From the NCBI GenBank assembly GCA_050084515.1, contig CM114271.1, positions 46,934,001 to 46,998,000 on the forward strand: a DNA stretch of 64,000 nt, given 5' to 3'. Both the position numbers and the translations under genes were made by a program. This DNA comes from Blasia pusilla (lineage: Eukaryota). Below the pieces are notes generated by a model. That model did not search any database and was not told where the DNA came from. It saw only the letters and a list, made by a program, of their open reading frames with translations. Shown one piece after another: positions 24,705 to 43,500 of this stretch (position 1 is its first letter; each line of letters starts with the position of its first letter).

Positions 24705-25000
24705 CATGGTTGCAAAAAAGCTGACAAGTCAGACATGGACAAACGAGTTTGGACATGACCACAGACATGGATTGCAAAAGGTAGGGCCCACACTTATAGT
24801 TCACGGTGGAAGGCAGGGCAAGCGCGAGCAGGACAATAAGGGGGAGTGCAAGTGGGAGAAGGAAGAAACAATAAATTTTCGATAACGAGCGCAAGTGGGA
24901 GAGGATGAGAAAGAAGGGGGAGATGGGGCCCATATTGACAAGTCCTTCTATAGGACAGACATAAGTCCACGTACATGGACTTTGTCCATTTATAACCTTG
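24705..25000. mobile_element. hAT-type MITE, copy 2
   Basis: TIRs CATGGTTGCAAA / TTTATAACCTTG; 8-bp flanks CTAAAAAC (24697-24704) / TTAAAAAT (25001-25008) differ only by two C/T changes. Internally homologous to 5454-5704. Confidence 0.75.
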
Positions 25001-25418
25001 TTAAAAATCATTACATGAAAGAAAATATGAAGAAAATTTCATTCTCTTTAATTATTTATGACTCAAGCCTATTTTTCATTTATAAAGATGCTAATTTCCT
25101 TTATGTCCATATTTTGCTATGAGCATCAAAATATCTCAAACTCATACTTAAGAGAAGATAGGAATATATTTACCTTTGTATGTATTCTCCCATAGTTAAA
25201 TTTATGTGGCTTTATCTAAAGTAGGCATTAGGAGTTATATGTTATAGTATTGGTCATTTTCAAAAAATAGGGTACTTGAAAAACTATATATTGTGAGGCA
25301 TAATAATTATAATAATAATTTTACATTTTTATCATTAAAGGATCTTAAATTTTTTAATAAATTTTAAATAAAAATTCTTCCAAATATCAATTATTTTTGT
25401 TAATAGTTTTACATTAAC

Positions 25419-25751
25419 CAAGGTTGCACGGAAATGGACATGTCTACGGACATGCCGCTCGGGTATCCACGGCCCGCATCCGAGCCCGCCCTAAAGCCCA
25501 TAGAGTCCATCGCGTAGACCCGGGCTGGCCGAGCCCGCAACAGACACTAGCCCGCGATTGGCCTACAGCCAAGTCCGCAAGGCGGACTGGGCTCCCATAG
25601 GGCAGGCTCAAGCCCTCACACGCGTAAGCTTTGAGCTTACATGGGCTATAAAACGGGTGTGGGCTCGACGAGCTCAGCTGTGGGCCATGAGTACCTAGGC
25701 CAGCACGGACATAAGTCCACGGAACACGGAATTTGTTCTTGTGCAACCTTG
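25419..25751. mobile_element. hAT-type MITE, copy 3 (different interior, rich in GGCCC/AGCCC)
   Basis: Perfect 11-bp TIR CAAGGTTGCAC / GTGCAACCTTG; 8-bp flanks ACATTAAC (25411-25418) / ATATTAAT (25752-25759) differ by two C/T changes. Shares subterminal GGACAT and ACATAAGTCCACG motifs with the other copies. Confidence 0.8.
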
Positions 25752-27332
25752 ATATTAATTGATGCTTATATAACACCAATGCATTGCATGAGCATGGTCT
25801 ACTAATTTAAGCGGTTAGATTAACTTGTCTAATATGGATGAAATATTTCCATATCTAAAGAGATTTTTTTTTAAATGTCCATATATTTATACGAGAAAAA
25901 TCGTATATACATTTATTGCTTTGAGGATATTTCAATAGTTAAATCAACGTGACTAGTTCCCTTTGTGGTTATGAAAAAAATAATCAAATAGGAGGATAGA
26001 TATGAAAAACCTGAATTTTTTATGACAATGGAAGACTTGGATAGGCCAACTAAAAGAAAGTTGTAATCTTGCATGAATGCAAGAAGGGAGTACAAACATG
26101 AAATGAAAATACAACTTCACCAAATGAAACAAATATTTTAATTAGATTAAAAGTAGATGTGTCAATTTGGGCATCCTCAAAACTCCATGGGTGAGATTAA
26201 GTAGGAGTCCACCACATAAGGATATGAATAGTCATAATACTGGAAGTACCATCATGCATAATGACAATGGATGAAACCTCCACAAAATAAAATCTCCAAA
26301 TGAAGAACCAATTTAAGATTAAAATTGATATATCTTAATATTTTCTAGAAGTTCATAGAGATGTAAGAAACTTGATAGTTGAACACAATAAAAGTTGATC
26401 CCAAACCATAATGACGGAGGGATGAGAGAAATCTCATAAATAAAAATCATAAAGGAGAAATCCACCAACTATGCCATGCATAAAACCACTTGAGAAGTAT
26501 CTTCTTCTTATTTATCTATTATATTATTTTGTAGGGGCTAAGAGATATAAAATTCTATATAAGCACGACTTGTCTTTTTCACATTCTTGGGATATTTTTA
26601 TGTTTTCAGTTTTATTTCTCTTTTGGTTTCCAGAGTTTATCTTCCTCACTTTTCATCACTAAATTTTCTCTCTCCTAGATTTTCTCATTAATTTGTCATC
26701 ATTAAACTTGTCGCTTTTGGAAAATTTTCTTTAGAGAATTTTATAAGTCCTATGTTATAGATGAAAATTCAACCAAACATTTTGTTCTGCTCGTATTGTG
26801 CTTCTTTTCTTTATTACATTGACATAATTGAAATTTGTTACTTTCTTAATTCCCGTCTTTATTGATTTATACATGCTTTCTACATCTTCATGCAAAGCAT
26901 CTCATGAGCTAATCAGATCTTACAATACAATTACATTGTACATGAGGCCACTAGGCCCATAGTCAAGTTTTGCTTTAACTTGAGGTTGGGTTGGTATTGA
27001 GGTATTTCTAAGTGACTCCAATTCCTAAAAGGAGATAGGATTCACATACTATCAAGGAATCATGCTAGCACTGTTACACTGGAATAGTATCATCATTTAC
27101 ACCATCAACACTAGTACTTTTGCGCAGTAAGATGTATTAGGCAAGAGGGATCATTTGTAGTCCTTCAAATAGGGCACCTTTACCTTCATCTCTCATGAGA
27201 TAGGGAAGGACTACATCCAATACATATCTTGTCTCAGCCCCTTATCTTCAATTCTATCTTCCTCCCTTTCCCATACTAGATATCTTCATCTTCTCATAGA
27301 GGGTATGAATGAAGATAGGTGGATCAAGATGG

Positions 27333-27334
<2 letters not shown>

Positions 27335-27408
<74 letters not shown>
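27335..27408. repeat. (TC)37 microsatellite
   Basis: Uninterrupted TC dinucleotide run. Confidence 0.97.
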
Positions 27409-27411
<3 letters not shown>

Positions 27412-30400
27412 ATGGAGAGGGTATATCCCTTCACTATCACAAGGGATGGAGAGGATTCTCCAAAGAGGTTCGGAGGAAATTCATTTCGTTACTTCTTTCC
27501 AACCATCTCCTACTCCGTCATCTAATATCCCTACCCTCTTGAAATTTCTTCTCTATCTCTCCTCTCCTCTCCTCTCCTATTGAAAATTGAACATCTGTTT
27601 TTTTTTTGAAACCATATATTTTTGTTTTCCAACATTTTTCTCTCTTCCCCATCTCTATTGAAAGTCAAATCTCATATTTTCATTTGATCCATATAAATGA
27701 AATTAAAAATCTCCTCACCATGAAAAAATTAACTATGATTGAACCAATCAAAACTAGACATACTTGATGCCTTCTACCACATGCCAATACATTAGAGCAT
27801 CTTAGAAAATGGGCCAGCATCCTTAATACCATAGATAGATCAGGGAGTCTTGGCACTTCATGAATTTTCTCTAATTGCATCGTGGAAAGCCATGTATTAA
27901 ACCCTTTCTAACACTTGGATCACACGAAGGGTTGTTATGGGAAAACATGGTTGTACACGGAAGCTTGCTTTTAACTCTTTCTTAAATAAGAGCGGCAACA
28001 ACGTATGTCAATAAGGAAGAAGAGTCAAGTTAATACTCATCTTCTATGAGGATAATTTTTTTCTTTTCCATATGATTAGTTGGAGCTAGCTTGAGACGTA
28101 GTTGATTAGGTATTTAAGTTCTCCCTTGTGTATTATTTGTACGGATTCTCCCATTGGTTTTTTATTCTTGATTTCTTCCATTCATACTCGGTGAACTCTC
28201 AAGGTTTCTTCTTTGTTGGACTCTTTTAAGAAGGAAAAGTAGTGGTAAAATTTCCTAGGATCTTTTTATATCTCACTTAGGAGATATACATTGATCTATT
28301 ATTGATTCATTGTGCATAATTAGGCACACCTAGAAGAGAAGGATGAGAAAGTCCTAGGTGTAAATGAATGATGGAGCTAAGAGACATGAAGGTAGGGCTT
28401 TATTTAGAATATGATTGAGGAAGGAAGGATGGAGTTATATATATATTTTTTTCCGCACGAGGACGTGGGATTAGAGGGGGGTTTTTTTTTCAAAAGGAAA
28501 CAAAAAGGTTTTGTTTTGTACAAAGAGGAGGGAGATTAGTAGAGTGGAATGAGAAATGATATCAATGATTTTCCAAAATGCAAGGCTAGGGATTTTTTCC
28601 AGTGTGCATTATATAGGCATATATACTAATTCCAACGAAGGCAAAAACAAAATTCCCATTCTTGAGCACTCCTCAAAAGTTCATTCGATACAAGTACGTC
28701 CCAAAACATTCCACTCGTTGGATTTTCTTCCATTTCATATGGGTTCCACGTCAAAGCTAGATACTGACAATAACAAATCATGGGGGAAAATCTGAAGATT
28801 TGAGAGAGGTGGCCATGAGCAACATTCAAAGTGCAACAATTGGAATGAAGGACAAAATTAGGGGAGTTGGGAACAAAGGCAAAGACAAAATTGCCACAAT
28901 GACTTCTTGGCCCCTCTAAATCCACCCATTCAAAGGAACACCCATTCTCCAAAGGAGATCTTATTCCTTCCTGGTCAATGGCAGGATCCAGCACATGTGG
29001 ACCTACGGGTAAACTCAAGCCCAGCCTAGACCGCCAGGTTCTACCAGGAGAGACCGCGAGATTCTTGGACAGCTCTCCCTGGAGACCGACGGGTTCTTCA
29101 CCAGGACCGCACGCAGAAACCGCTGTATACTCTGGAGGACCACTGCGGACCTCTTCCGGACACGCAGAGCGATCGGAATGTTACTTACGATTCACTTACG
29201 TGAGGAGGTTTAAGGTAATGTGTGGCACATTGAGTACTAATACGGCCGCCTTTTTTCACTCATTCTCGCCTTTTCATTTCGGAAGCATTCAGGACGAAAA
29301 AGGTCAATATCAATTCGTCCAGTCATTGGTGGAAGAGTTCATATTAAAGAAGACAACTATTCCCCCAATACCCCAAAACTATCGATGGTGGGAATTCGTC
29401 AAATGAATGCCGACGAGCAGGATTTTTTCTCCAAAGGCTGAAGTTACAAGTGCTCCACTGGATGGACGGTTGGAATTTTATTTGGACGGTTCGATGCTCG
29501 AGGATAATTCATGAGAGCTCACTGTTTCCCGAGAGCCTAAACTAACCCGGGCTTTCACAGGATTCCCATGGTGGAAGTCTTTGACCACATCCCTTTTTCC
29601 TTTTCTTTTCCTAAATTTGCAGTTGAAGGTTCCAATTAATTTTGCTATGGAGCCCAAACCTAAGAGAAAATTTTCACCTTGACTTTTCCCTAATCAAGGT
29701 CTGCATAGGAAGCTGATTACGTTTTCTGTACGCAAAACAAGTGAGAAAATGTTATTTATGCCTTGGTTCTATCTTTATGTGAATTGTTCATTTGACTCGA
29801 TTCATGGTGGGATACTTGGAGATAAAGTATACTGAGGGCCACGAAATGAGCCCAGCTTATCATGCAAGTTCTAGAAGGGGTGGGGGTAAAAGGCTTGAGT
29901 GTGAAGCTAGAGCACATGCGATTGCGATGGTCTCCTTTGCATGGTGAACGATGGGTTCGGATCCGCCAATTGCAAGATTAACCACCCCAACAAATGTAGG
30001 TTGTCCGAGTTAAAGTGATGAGAACTTTTTTTAATTTTAAATATTCAACAAAAGATATAACTTTAAAAAAATTCAACGACCACGTAGAAACTCATATTAG
30101 AACCCACATTTGAAACCAAATTTCCAACAGTAATATAACTCAAGAATCGGTCATTTTGTTTTGCGTTTGTCTTTTGACTAAGGAAGTGGTGGAGGGACGA
30201 AAAGAGCTTTTTAAAATTTTATTAGTAGGGGCCGACGAAGACGCCATTCGAATTGTCCTTTTGCTAGGAAGTCGACAAAGTCGAAATATACTTTTATTGA
30301 CTTTCCTTTTGTTTTTCTCCCTATTTGGAGGCGAAAGTGGTGAGATCTGATTACGTATCACCCCCCAAGCGCGCAATAATGAGAAGCAACGAAAGAATTT

Positions 30401-33400
30401 GTCTAAGGTGGTTTCGCGAAAAAAGAAAGTTCCATTGTCTCAGGGAAGCGTAGGGCAGGACTCAGGAGTGAGTGTGTGCGAGAGAAAAGAGAGAGCGGTG
30501 GGGAGGGAGGAGGAGGAAGGAAGGAGGTGATGGTTTAGTATTGATTTATTGTGGGAGAGGAGCACGAACGTGCTATGAACGAAACACACATTCTCTTGAT
30601 GAACGTTAAGGTCGTTAAGGGTGGGCTAATCTGCAGCGAGGAAGTCAACAGAGATGGTCGCGAGACACCTGGTGCCGTCATTGCGCGGCACATGGCGCCC
30701 TTCGTCCAGGCCGAGTTCAGTGACTTCAGTCACCGGGAAGTTTCCGAGCCAACTTTCCGTCCGCTTACTCGTGGCGACTTCCAAAGTGGGTGCTTTCAGT
30801 GTCCTGTACCCTCAACTAGACATCATGCACTTTCGCCCCTCCATAACCCCTCGTCGTCGTCGTCCCGCACACCCACCTCAGCGCTCTCTTTACGTCGTCG
30901 TCCAGTGGAAGGACTGTTCCTTCCGTCCCTCGAGACGACTGGATTTATGAATGATGATCTGCATGCTCCGGCATAGAGCTTCCCCATGCTCATCGCAACT
31001 AATGCTAATTCCCTGTGCTAATCATACAATAATTAACACGCGGTCAGTTGTCGCCTCTCCCGTTCGCTTTCGTCAGCGTCGCAGTTAAGCAAATCACACG
31101 AATTACCTGCGGCTTTTCCTCGTCTTCCGGCCCAAAATTAAGAAAACCCCTTAATAAAAGGAATAATAAATATGCGCTCCGCAACCGCGGCGAATCCAGT
31201 GGCTCTCGCTGCTGCCTGGCCTCCCTCCCCTAGCGACCCTGGAAAGGGACATCTGCGGAGCACCTCCCCTTCGGCTGCCACCTAAAGGGATGTCGCCAAA
31301 GGCTTCCCCCCTAACTTTGGCGCACCCCGCCATCGCTGGCCTATCTTTAGATGATCCCCGCCGCCTGACCTGCAATCACAGTGCAGTGAACGTTGGAGCT
31401 TTTCGACCACCTGTCAAGTCACGCCCGGGTAAATTGACGTACAAGACATGTACCGAGCGTAAGAATGCGGATCGCCCGTACTGGCTTCACTTTCCGCGCG
31501 TCCACTTCGGCCAGCCGGCAAACACCGGCCGGGAAACAGATTCCCGCCAAGACTTACCGCGTTTGCCATTTACTCGCGCTAAATATTACTATCCTCTGCG
31601 TCCACGGCCGCATAGAATTTTCGAGCTCCCCGGTTTTCTCCCGACACTCAAGAGGGTCTGACCGGCAATTTCTAAATATCAGCCGGGTTTTTTCAATTTT
31701 TACAAAGAAACTGCATTTCCCGGTTCGGTTTCTTGCCGAGACTTTGCCGGTCAGATCTGGAATTCTTTAATTTTACCGGCTGACATTACAACGAACGCCG
31801 GTTCTTGGCGCCCGTGGGGCCGCACACGTCATTCCAGAACAGATTTGTGCCCCGTCATACTCTAGGCCGGGCCAGATTAGCGTCCGCCGTTCGCCTGGCT
31901 AAACATGCGAGTAGCCACAGTCATTGCTCAACTGTGGAAAGCGTGGCCGAGAGCAATCCTCGGCCTTTCGCAAATAATAACACGCGAGAAGGTTCAACCC
32001 GTGACCTGCTCTTATAGCGAAATACCGCTGTAAGTCCCTTCTTCGCTGGAGAACTTCCTCCGACGTTGTTGTTTCTTACCGTGACACCACACGTTCACGT
32101 GGACTCCCAGCCTTAGCTGTCTGCATCTTTTATTTATTCCCATAGGTATTTTAATGCCTGGTTCTTTCTGTATGTATGTATGCACACTCGCGTGCATGTA
32201 CGCATGTTTTGACTTCGCTACGTGTCATATATCGATGTAAACGTCGATCTGGCCAGGGCCCGGGACCTATTCTGGAGAAAATACGAGGATACCGGCGGAC
32301 GGGAAGACCCGGGAATACACGGGAACCGTTTCGAATCCACAGACTCTGCTGCTTCTACGTGCTCCGCAGAGCCCACATGGCGTGGAAGTACATTCGATTA
32401 ATTTTTATTTATTTATGTCCATATTGAAGGTGTCTGGCCTTTACTTATCTGTTAAACTGATTATAACCAAAATGGAAAATTTGATGGCTCCAATTGAATT
32501 CCAATGAATTCTCTTGAAGATTTCTTCATATTATACGAGATTCCTGTATAGATGGGCTATATATCCGAGACGTCTAGAAAGTGTCCGGTGAACATCACGA
32601 CCTCATCTTATCCACATGCTTGAAATAGTAAGCAAGTGAATAAATAAGCCCATTTTGGGTTAGTGTTTCATCAAGCCCTGCTTGATTTATGCATGTCCAA
32701 TTTTCATTCCCAAGGCAAGTAATAGTAATGGCCCGAGTGAGGATCTTGTGTAGTAACCTTGGAATCTTAATAATGAATAATGAAAAACCAATGGTGTTCT
32801 CATTTGCATAGGCGGATTGGACCTACAATATATATCCAAACTATGTAACATTATGGATTATGTCTCAATGTTTTCAACCATTTTATTTGCTTCAATAACG
32901 CTTGAAGAGGATGACAATCTATAATCTTACCATTCGTCATCGGTGAATGGCATGAAGTAGACAGTAATTGACCATAGTAAGGTCTCGTAAGGGACCATGT
33001 GATGCAAGGATCCATTAAATATTCACTTTCATGACCAATCTCTCTTAAGGTGACCAAAAGCAATTCAATGACGCATATCGAACGGAGGAGCAACTACAAA
33101 ATTTGCATCCTCCAATTAGTATACAAATTCTCGATAAACCCAATCGATAGCTTTTGAAGCTTTCCACAATTTCGCTAAAACATTACCTCCCTAGGAAACT
33201 CATTTGGTTTCTAATAAACTACCAGATTTATTACAATGCCATATAATCTTTTTTAATAGTACTACTGTTCCACTCCAAAACTTGTTGGGAAAATATCCAA
33301 GTAACTATGAGTTTGGAAACTACTTAAATAATTTTCTTATTTTTTTCCCTAGTCATTGTCAGATTTAGAAAAAGGTTTCTTCCTCTCCATATGATTTTTC

Positions 33401-34725
33401 CTTTTTCCCTAAAAGGAGTGTAACAATTCCAAGAACATGTTCACTCTTTAGAAATAAATTGACAACTACATGCTAGTTTTATCTTGTGGCTTTTTGCACA
33501 CACTGCTATATATATATATATAGAGCACTCGCATTGGATTGGCAACTTTGTAGCCTGGCCTCAAGCTTGCATGGGATACACATCACTTCTTTTTGACTGG
33601 TATGATAAGATGACCATCTCTTGTGGTGACAAATTCATAACATCCACACAATGAAGACAAAATGGTCTCCTGCAAGAGGAAACACCCATTCTCTTGTTCC
33701 TCTTGAGTTGGCACCTCCCACAATTGAAGATTCAATTGAGTCCATTCTATTTGGGGACATTTTTCATTTATTAAAATTATTTGGTATATATTTTATCCTT
33801 GGTATGCATTATTGAAGCATACATTCTATTCAACTCCATAAGTTTTCCTCAAAATTAGACAAAGCATGTGACTTGCGGTCCCCTCACTCACACGATTTAG
33901 CGTTTTCGAAGTGTGCTTTCTCACACATTACCGTCCGGACCGGTCTTCCTAGCCCCCGGCAAAACCAAAATGACAAGAGTTCACTTTGGGTTGATGATGA
34001 GTCGAAGGCCAATGAGTAGATTAATATAAAATCTTTTCTGGGAATAGAAAATATTGGATTCCGCTATACTGCTTATCCTATAGTATCATATCTTAATATT
34101 ATTCGCGAGGCTATCTGCTCACGGATCCGTAAAATAGATATCTGAGTGAATAAAACCGGGGGAAAGAAAAGAAGAGGATAAAAAAAGACGCGAAACTTGT
34201 TGCGAGCGCTGCTCGCAACAAGAACCTTTGACGGACTGTCGCGCCTACAGTGGCAGCCATGCCCAGCGGGTTGTTCCCGTTGTGGTGCCGTGCCGTCCTC
34301 ACGGAGCGGAGCGGAGCGGGACGCTGACCGTCGATATGGAAAGCCGACGGTCGATCCCCACTGCACGGTAACCCCGGGTCCGATCGGGGTTAGGGTTGGC
34401 GCATCCGGCTTCCATGAATGAATGAATCAATGGCTCGCTCTCCGAGTCTCGGGGATCAATGCCGTTCCAGTCCCGTGACAGGCAGGAGCAGCGCAGCACT
34501 AGCGCTAGAGCGGAGAGGCGGGGACTGCGGAGGAGAGGAAAGGAAAGGAGGAGTAATTGGGAGAGAGCGGAGACGGGCAAAAGTCAGTCGGGAAGGCAGG
34601 ACGACGTTGGTGAGGCAGGCAGGGGACGGAGGTGCGCAGAAGAGCCAGAAGTGCTGGAAGGGAGAGAGAGTGGAGCACGATCGGGAGAGGCAGAAGAAGG
34701 TGGGGACGGCGCAGTGCGCGATAGG

Positions 34726-34758
34726 GAGGAGGAGGAGGAGGAGGAGGAGGAGGAGGAG
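34726..34758 (+). repeat. (GAG)n trinucleotide run in the probable CRK 5' leader
   Basis: About 11 GAG units inside a purine-rich, GC-rich region upstream of the CRK ATG. Confidence 0.85.
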
Positions 34759-35906
34759 ATGAGGTGGTAGTGAAGACGCGCGGGGTATGATGTCCGAGAG
34801 GTTGTGGAGGGTGTGAAGCAGCAGCAGCAGGGGTGGTGGTATTCGATGGTGCCATACTGTCGGTGTCTTGATCGTGGGCGAGAGGATTGATTACTTTCAG
34901 ACGGTGGTTCTTCTCCTGCTGCAGGAGCAGCTCCGGCCCTTGGAGTTCTTGGTTTTCCTGTCACGGCCCTGCGAGATTGCGTTGATCCCGAGATTTACGA
35001 CGGACGTAGAGCTGAGACCTCTAGGCTGGGAGGTCGGCGAGCTGTTCGATCGGCCTCTCGTTTTGGTTTCTTCGGGACGCAGGCGTATCCCGTGGATTGT
35101 AGGTTTTCCGTGCAGGTTTTTCTGAGTTGGTCGGTCTGGTAGGACGCGACGGGTTTCTAGTAATTTGCAGCTCGACTGCGCATCTTGAACATTGGTGATG
35201 TAGGAGTCTTCGCTTCCGCTTCGAGTCAGCCTTGCCGGTTTGCGCCCGTAGTCACATGAGAGCAGGTGTGGAGTGAGGCCGACGAGATACGACCAGCGCG
35301 GTGCGCTTCGAGGAGATTAGCTTAGACTTTGCTGTTGCGCTTCATCACCTAGTGTCGGGAAGCCAAGTCCGTGGCGAAGTGGAAGCAGGATAATTTGAAG
35401 CGTTTGGTGTTTGCAGTCAGGTGCATCGAGAGTGGTGTCTGCAGAAGGAGACTCAAACATGCGAGCTTAAGTTTGTTTAGATGAATGGGAGGAATCGTAG
35501 AGCGGATTACAGTCTGGGCGTCAGGATTTGTTTGATTACTCGAGGGTGTTCGCATCGAAAGCGGGAGTCCGTGAACAGAGGATACTGTGAGCAGGAGAGT
35601 TACCAAAAGCCGATCTTGTAGTCGCGGAGTTGAGCGGCCTTGCATCGAACGGAAAATTCACTCTCCATCAGTCTTCTTTCATTGCTTGCCGTTTATCTGG
35701 TGACTTCATGTTCATGTCCTTTTCTTAGACCTGGATGGCATTTCGAGAAAGGGCACGATCTGTCAGTGGACGTACATGATCCTGGGGGTAGTGCTTTCTT
35801 CCGCTTTATAACAATGCCAAGAGGAAGACGATGAACTATCGGCAGAAACCTCACACTTGAAGTGTAGGATCTCGATATTCTTTAGCGACGAAGGGCCCGT
35901 AATGCG

Positions 35907-40554
<4,648 letters not shown>

Positions 40555-43500
40555 GGCTATGTATGGTCCTATAATCTCCCCCATAATTTTCTCTAGATCA
40601 TGTACTACTCAGCAGAGAACCCATTGTTTTCAACGCACAGTTTTTTACGTTCTTATTGCAATTTGCGTGGGTGGATCTTATGTTGGTCCTTCTCCCTTGG
40701 GGTAAAGTTGCTTTCGAGACCTCAGATTTCTTGTTTTCCCAGCGATTGTGCAAGATTTCACTAACCTTTATCTATCCAAGTATGGGAGGAGGCCACATTC
40801 GCTTCCAAGCTACCAAGCTTTTATCCAAGGCTCTACACTGACTCTCTTGACAGATTTGAGCCATGTTGGAAGAAAATCATTACTTCATGTAGGAAATTTC
40901 TGGCACACAATTCTGTGCTGCATTGGCAAGAGTTGAAAGTATTTATAGTGATGTGTATAAACAAGCAGAGTATTGATCAGTTCAATGTGATTGTTGTACT
41001 CTGAGTAAGATATCTGGAAAGTTTTCTGTTGCCTTAGTTATAATTGACATAGTCACCTGTGCTTTTGGGATTAACTTCAGAGTGGGATGCTGTATTGTGA
41101 GTAAGATATCTGGTAACTGCTGTTGACTCTGCCCGTGTGCATGACCAGAGCATATTTGTCTTCTAATCATGATGGAAATGGATGAATGAGTCAGGGTCGG
41201 TTGAAGATGTTGTATTTGCTGATTGAATCTACATGGTACAAAACTTGTATGAGGTCGGGCAATGAGTGGGAAGCATGTGCATTACTGTGATGTGGTTGCA
41301 TTGAGAGTTAGACTGCAAGTGGGTGTACAAGTAAATTAGAATCTGATTCTTCCTTTCGATGGCTCACTTCATGCGAGGTATCGGGGAATGACATGCACTT
41401 CCTCTGTTATGGGGAACAAGTTAGCATTTGGCTAACTGTGAACAGGCAGAAACTTTTGTATTATCTATGTGATATTTAGTTCAGTTAATGTGTCATTTGT
41501 ATATGAAATCCTACTACACTGGGCTAGCTGATGGCAATGCCGACCACCTGATCACTAGGGCGTTTGGGACGATTTATTGGATTGCTCTAAGCTGAGCTTA
41601 AATTCAAAAGCGCGTTTCTTTTCTGCGGGTGGTTGGGGCACTCACCGAATCATTTGGTAGCCTAGTGGAACAAGTACTGTTTGGTCATAAATCTGGAGGC
41701 TCGTAAGAGTTAATTTTGATCTGAAAGCGCGTATCTGAATGTACATCCCTCCTGTCCATGCAATGCTAGGAGTTCACCTACTGGAAGTTGAGGGGATGGG
41801 CTGATGCTTCCAGAAACTATCCACAGCTTGACTTTGCTGTCATGTCTCTGTGTTTTATAAAGCCTTACTTTACTACAAGTATGGAAGTCTTTGCCCATAT
41901 GGGGGACCTAGAACCAGCTTGTTTGAGGTCAGATGCACCTGATGAGATGACTGTTGACGCATGATAGCAGGGAGTTGTCTGGGTGTGAACGTCATCTTAT
42001 GTTCCTTGTCAAGAAATCATTCATGGTAAAGGCATGGCAAAGATCATGGATGTGCCTTTCTCGGATTTGTATTGTGGTAGGAAAAGGGTTAGTTGCCTCC
42101 TTCTGGATTCCTTCTAATGTTATGGTGACGGAGACACTATATTCTAGCTTGGACTTTGGACAAGTGGGGTGGTAGGCGAATAGGGCGATAAGATATCGGA
42201 TATCGTCTTTTGTGGGAAGTGTGATTGCCTGGCATCGTTTACATTCTTATCATTAGGAGCAGGATTCCTGAAGGACATGCAGGACATCTGTCAAATTTAT
42301 GGTTTTCTGGGATAACATGGAGAGTTTGTGGGGACGTTTTGGCCCTCCTCTGAGAGGGTCTTAGGAAGGTTTCCTTCACATGGTCAGGAAATAGTTTGCA
42401 CATCCTAAGGTTTTGTGAAAGAATTTAACCATGTGAATGTCCAGGTGCCCAACTCCACAAGGGTTCCAATTCTCCTCCACGTACCTATTTTGAGTATTCT
42501 CCTCCACGTCCAGATTCATCCTGATCTATCTCCACCATCTACCATCCCGACTTGGAAGTTTTGTGGCTTTCTGCAGCTAACTTCGTTTCATGCAAGTAAC
42601 CGTCGAAATATGTCAATTTGCACAGGACATCCACAATGGAATTCTGTCAAGTGACCCCGGTCTATCTCCAACTCGACCGTATTCTAGAGTGCAAGAGGCG
42701 CAGTTCCTTGGGGGCGCCCTGCATCAACTGTACCGAGTATGGAGTCTCTCAAACTCATCGTGAAATACTGTTAAATCTGTCAGCCTATACTGGACACGCC
42801 TAGAGAGCCAGCTGGATTTATTAAATTGTAGATATGTATTTGAATGTTCTCTACACGATGGGCCGGAAGGGGCACATACTCTAGAGTGGGAGAGCATGCC
42901 TACGGTCTAAAGTATTTATTTTATCACAGACAAATTAGAGTGCATCGAACCTCAGGGGATGGAAATGTGCGCCTGCCCAGCGTATGAGCAGGTAGACGAT
43001 GTGTATGGATGAGCCAAGTGGATGTACGGTTAACTCTGCGAGATGGTCATACTGACCCTGCCGGGAAGCCCGGGGTTTCCGATCTCTCGGAACAAGAATC
43101 GTAGATCACGTTTGGTGCTAGAGAAGTTGCTCGGTTGTGTATTCTTTAAAGACATCCTCGGCATGCCATCCATTGCCAGTTGCATTTATCCACCTCGCTC
43201 ATTGTGCGGGAGAGGATGACATATGAACCTAAGTTGCGTGTGCAAACCTTGAATCCATCACTCTACACGACGAGTTGTGGCGATGGTCTGTTATGTTTCA
43301 CCCGCAGTTGCTGGAGGCAGGCACGATTGCGTGATTGAACGATGTGTGACTGGCCTTAAATTTAAGAATTTAATAGTCCTAGTCTTGCTTGCCAACCCAC
43401 ATCTGTGAGCCATTAGCATACCCACCGCCGAGTTTTCCCGTCAGCCCATGCCGTGGACACTTTCTGTGCCATGTCTGCACACCACGTGTACTTCGTCAAT

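Noticed and set aside
27305..27583. Ser-Leu repeat ORFs
   Set aside because: Artefacts of the (TC)37 microsatellite.
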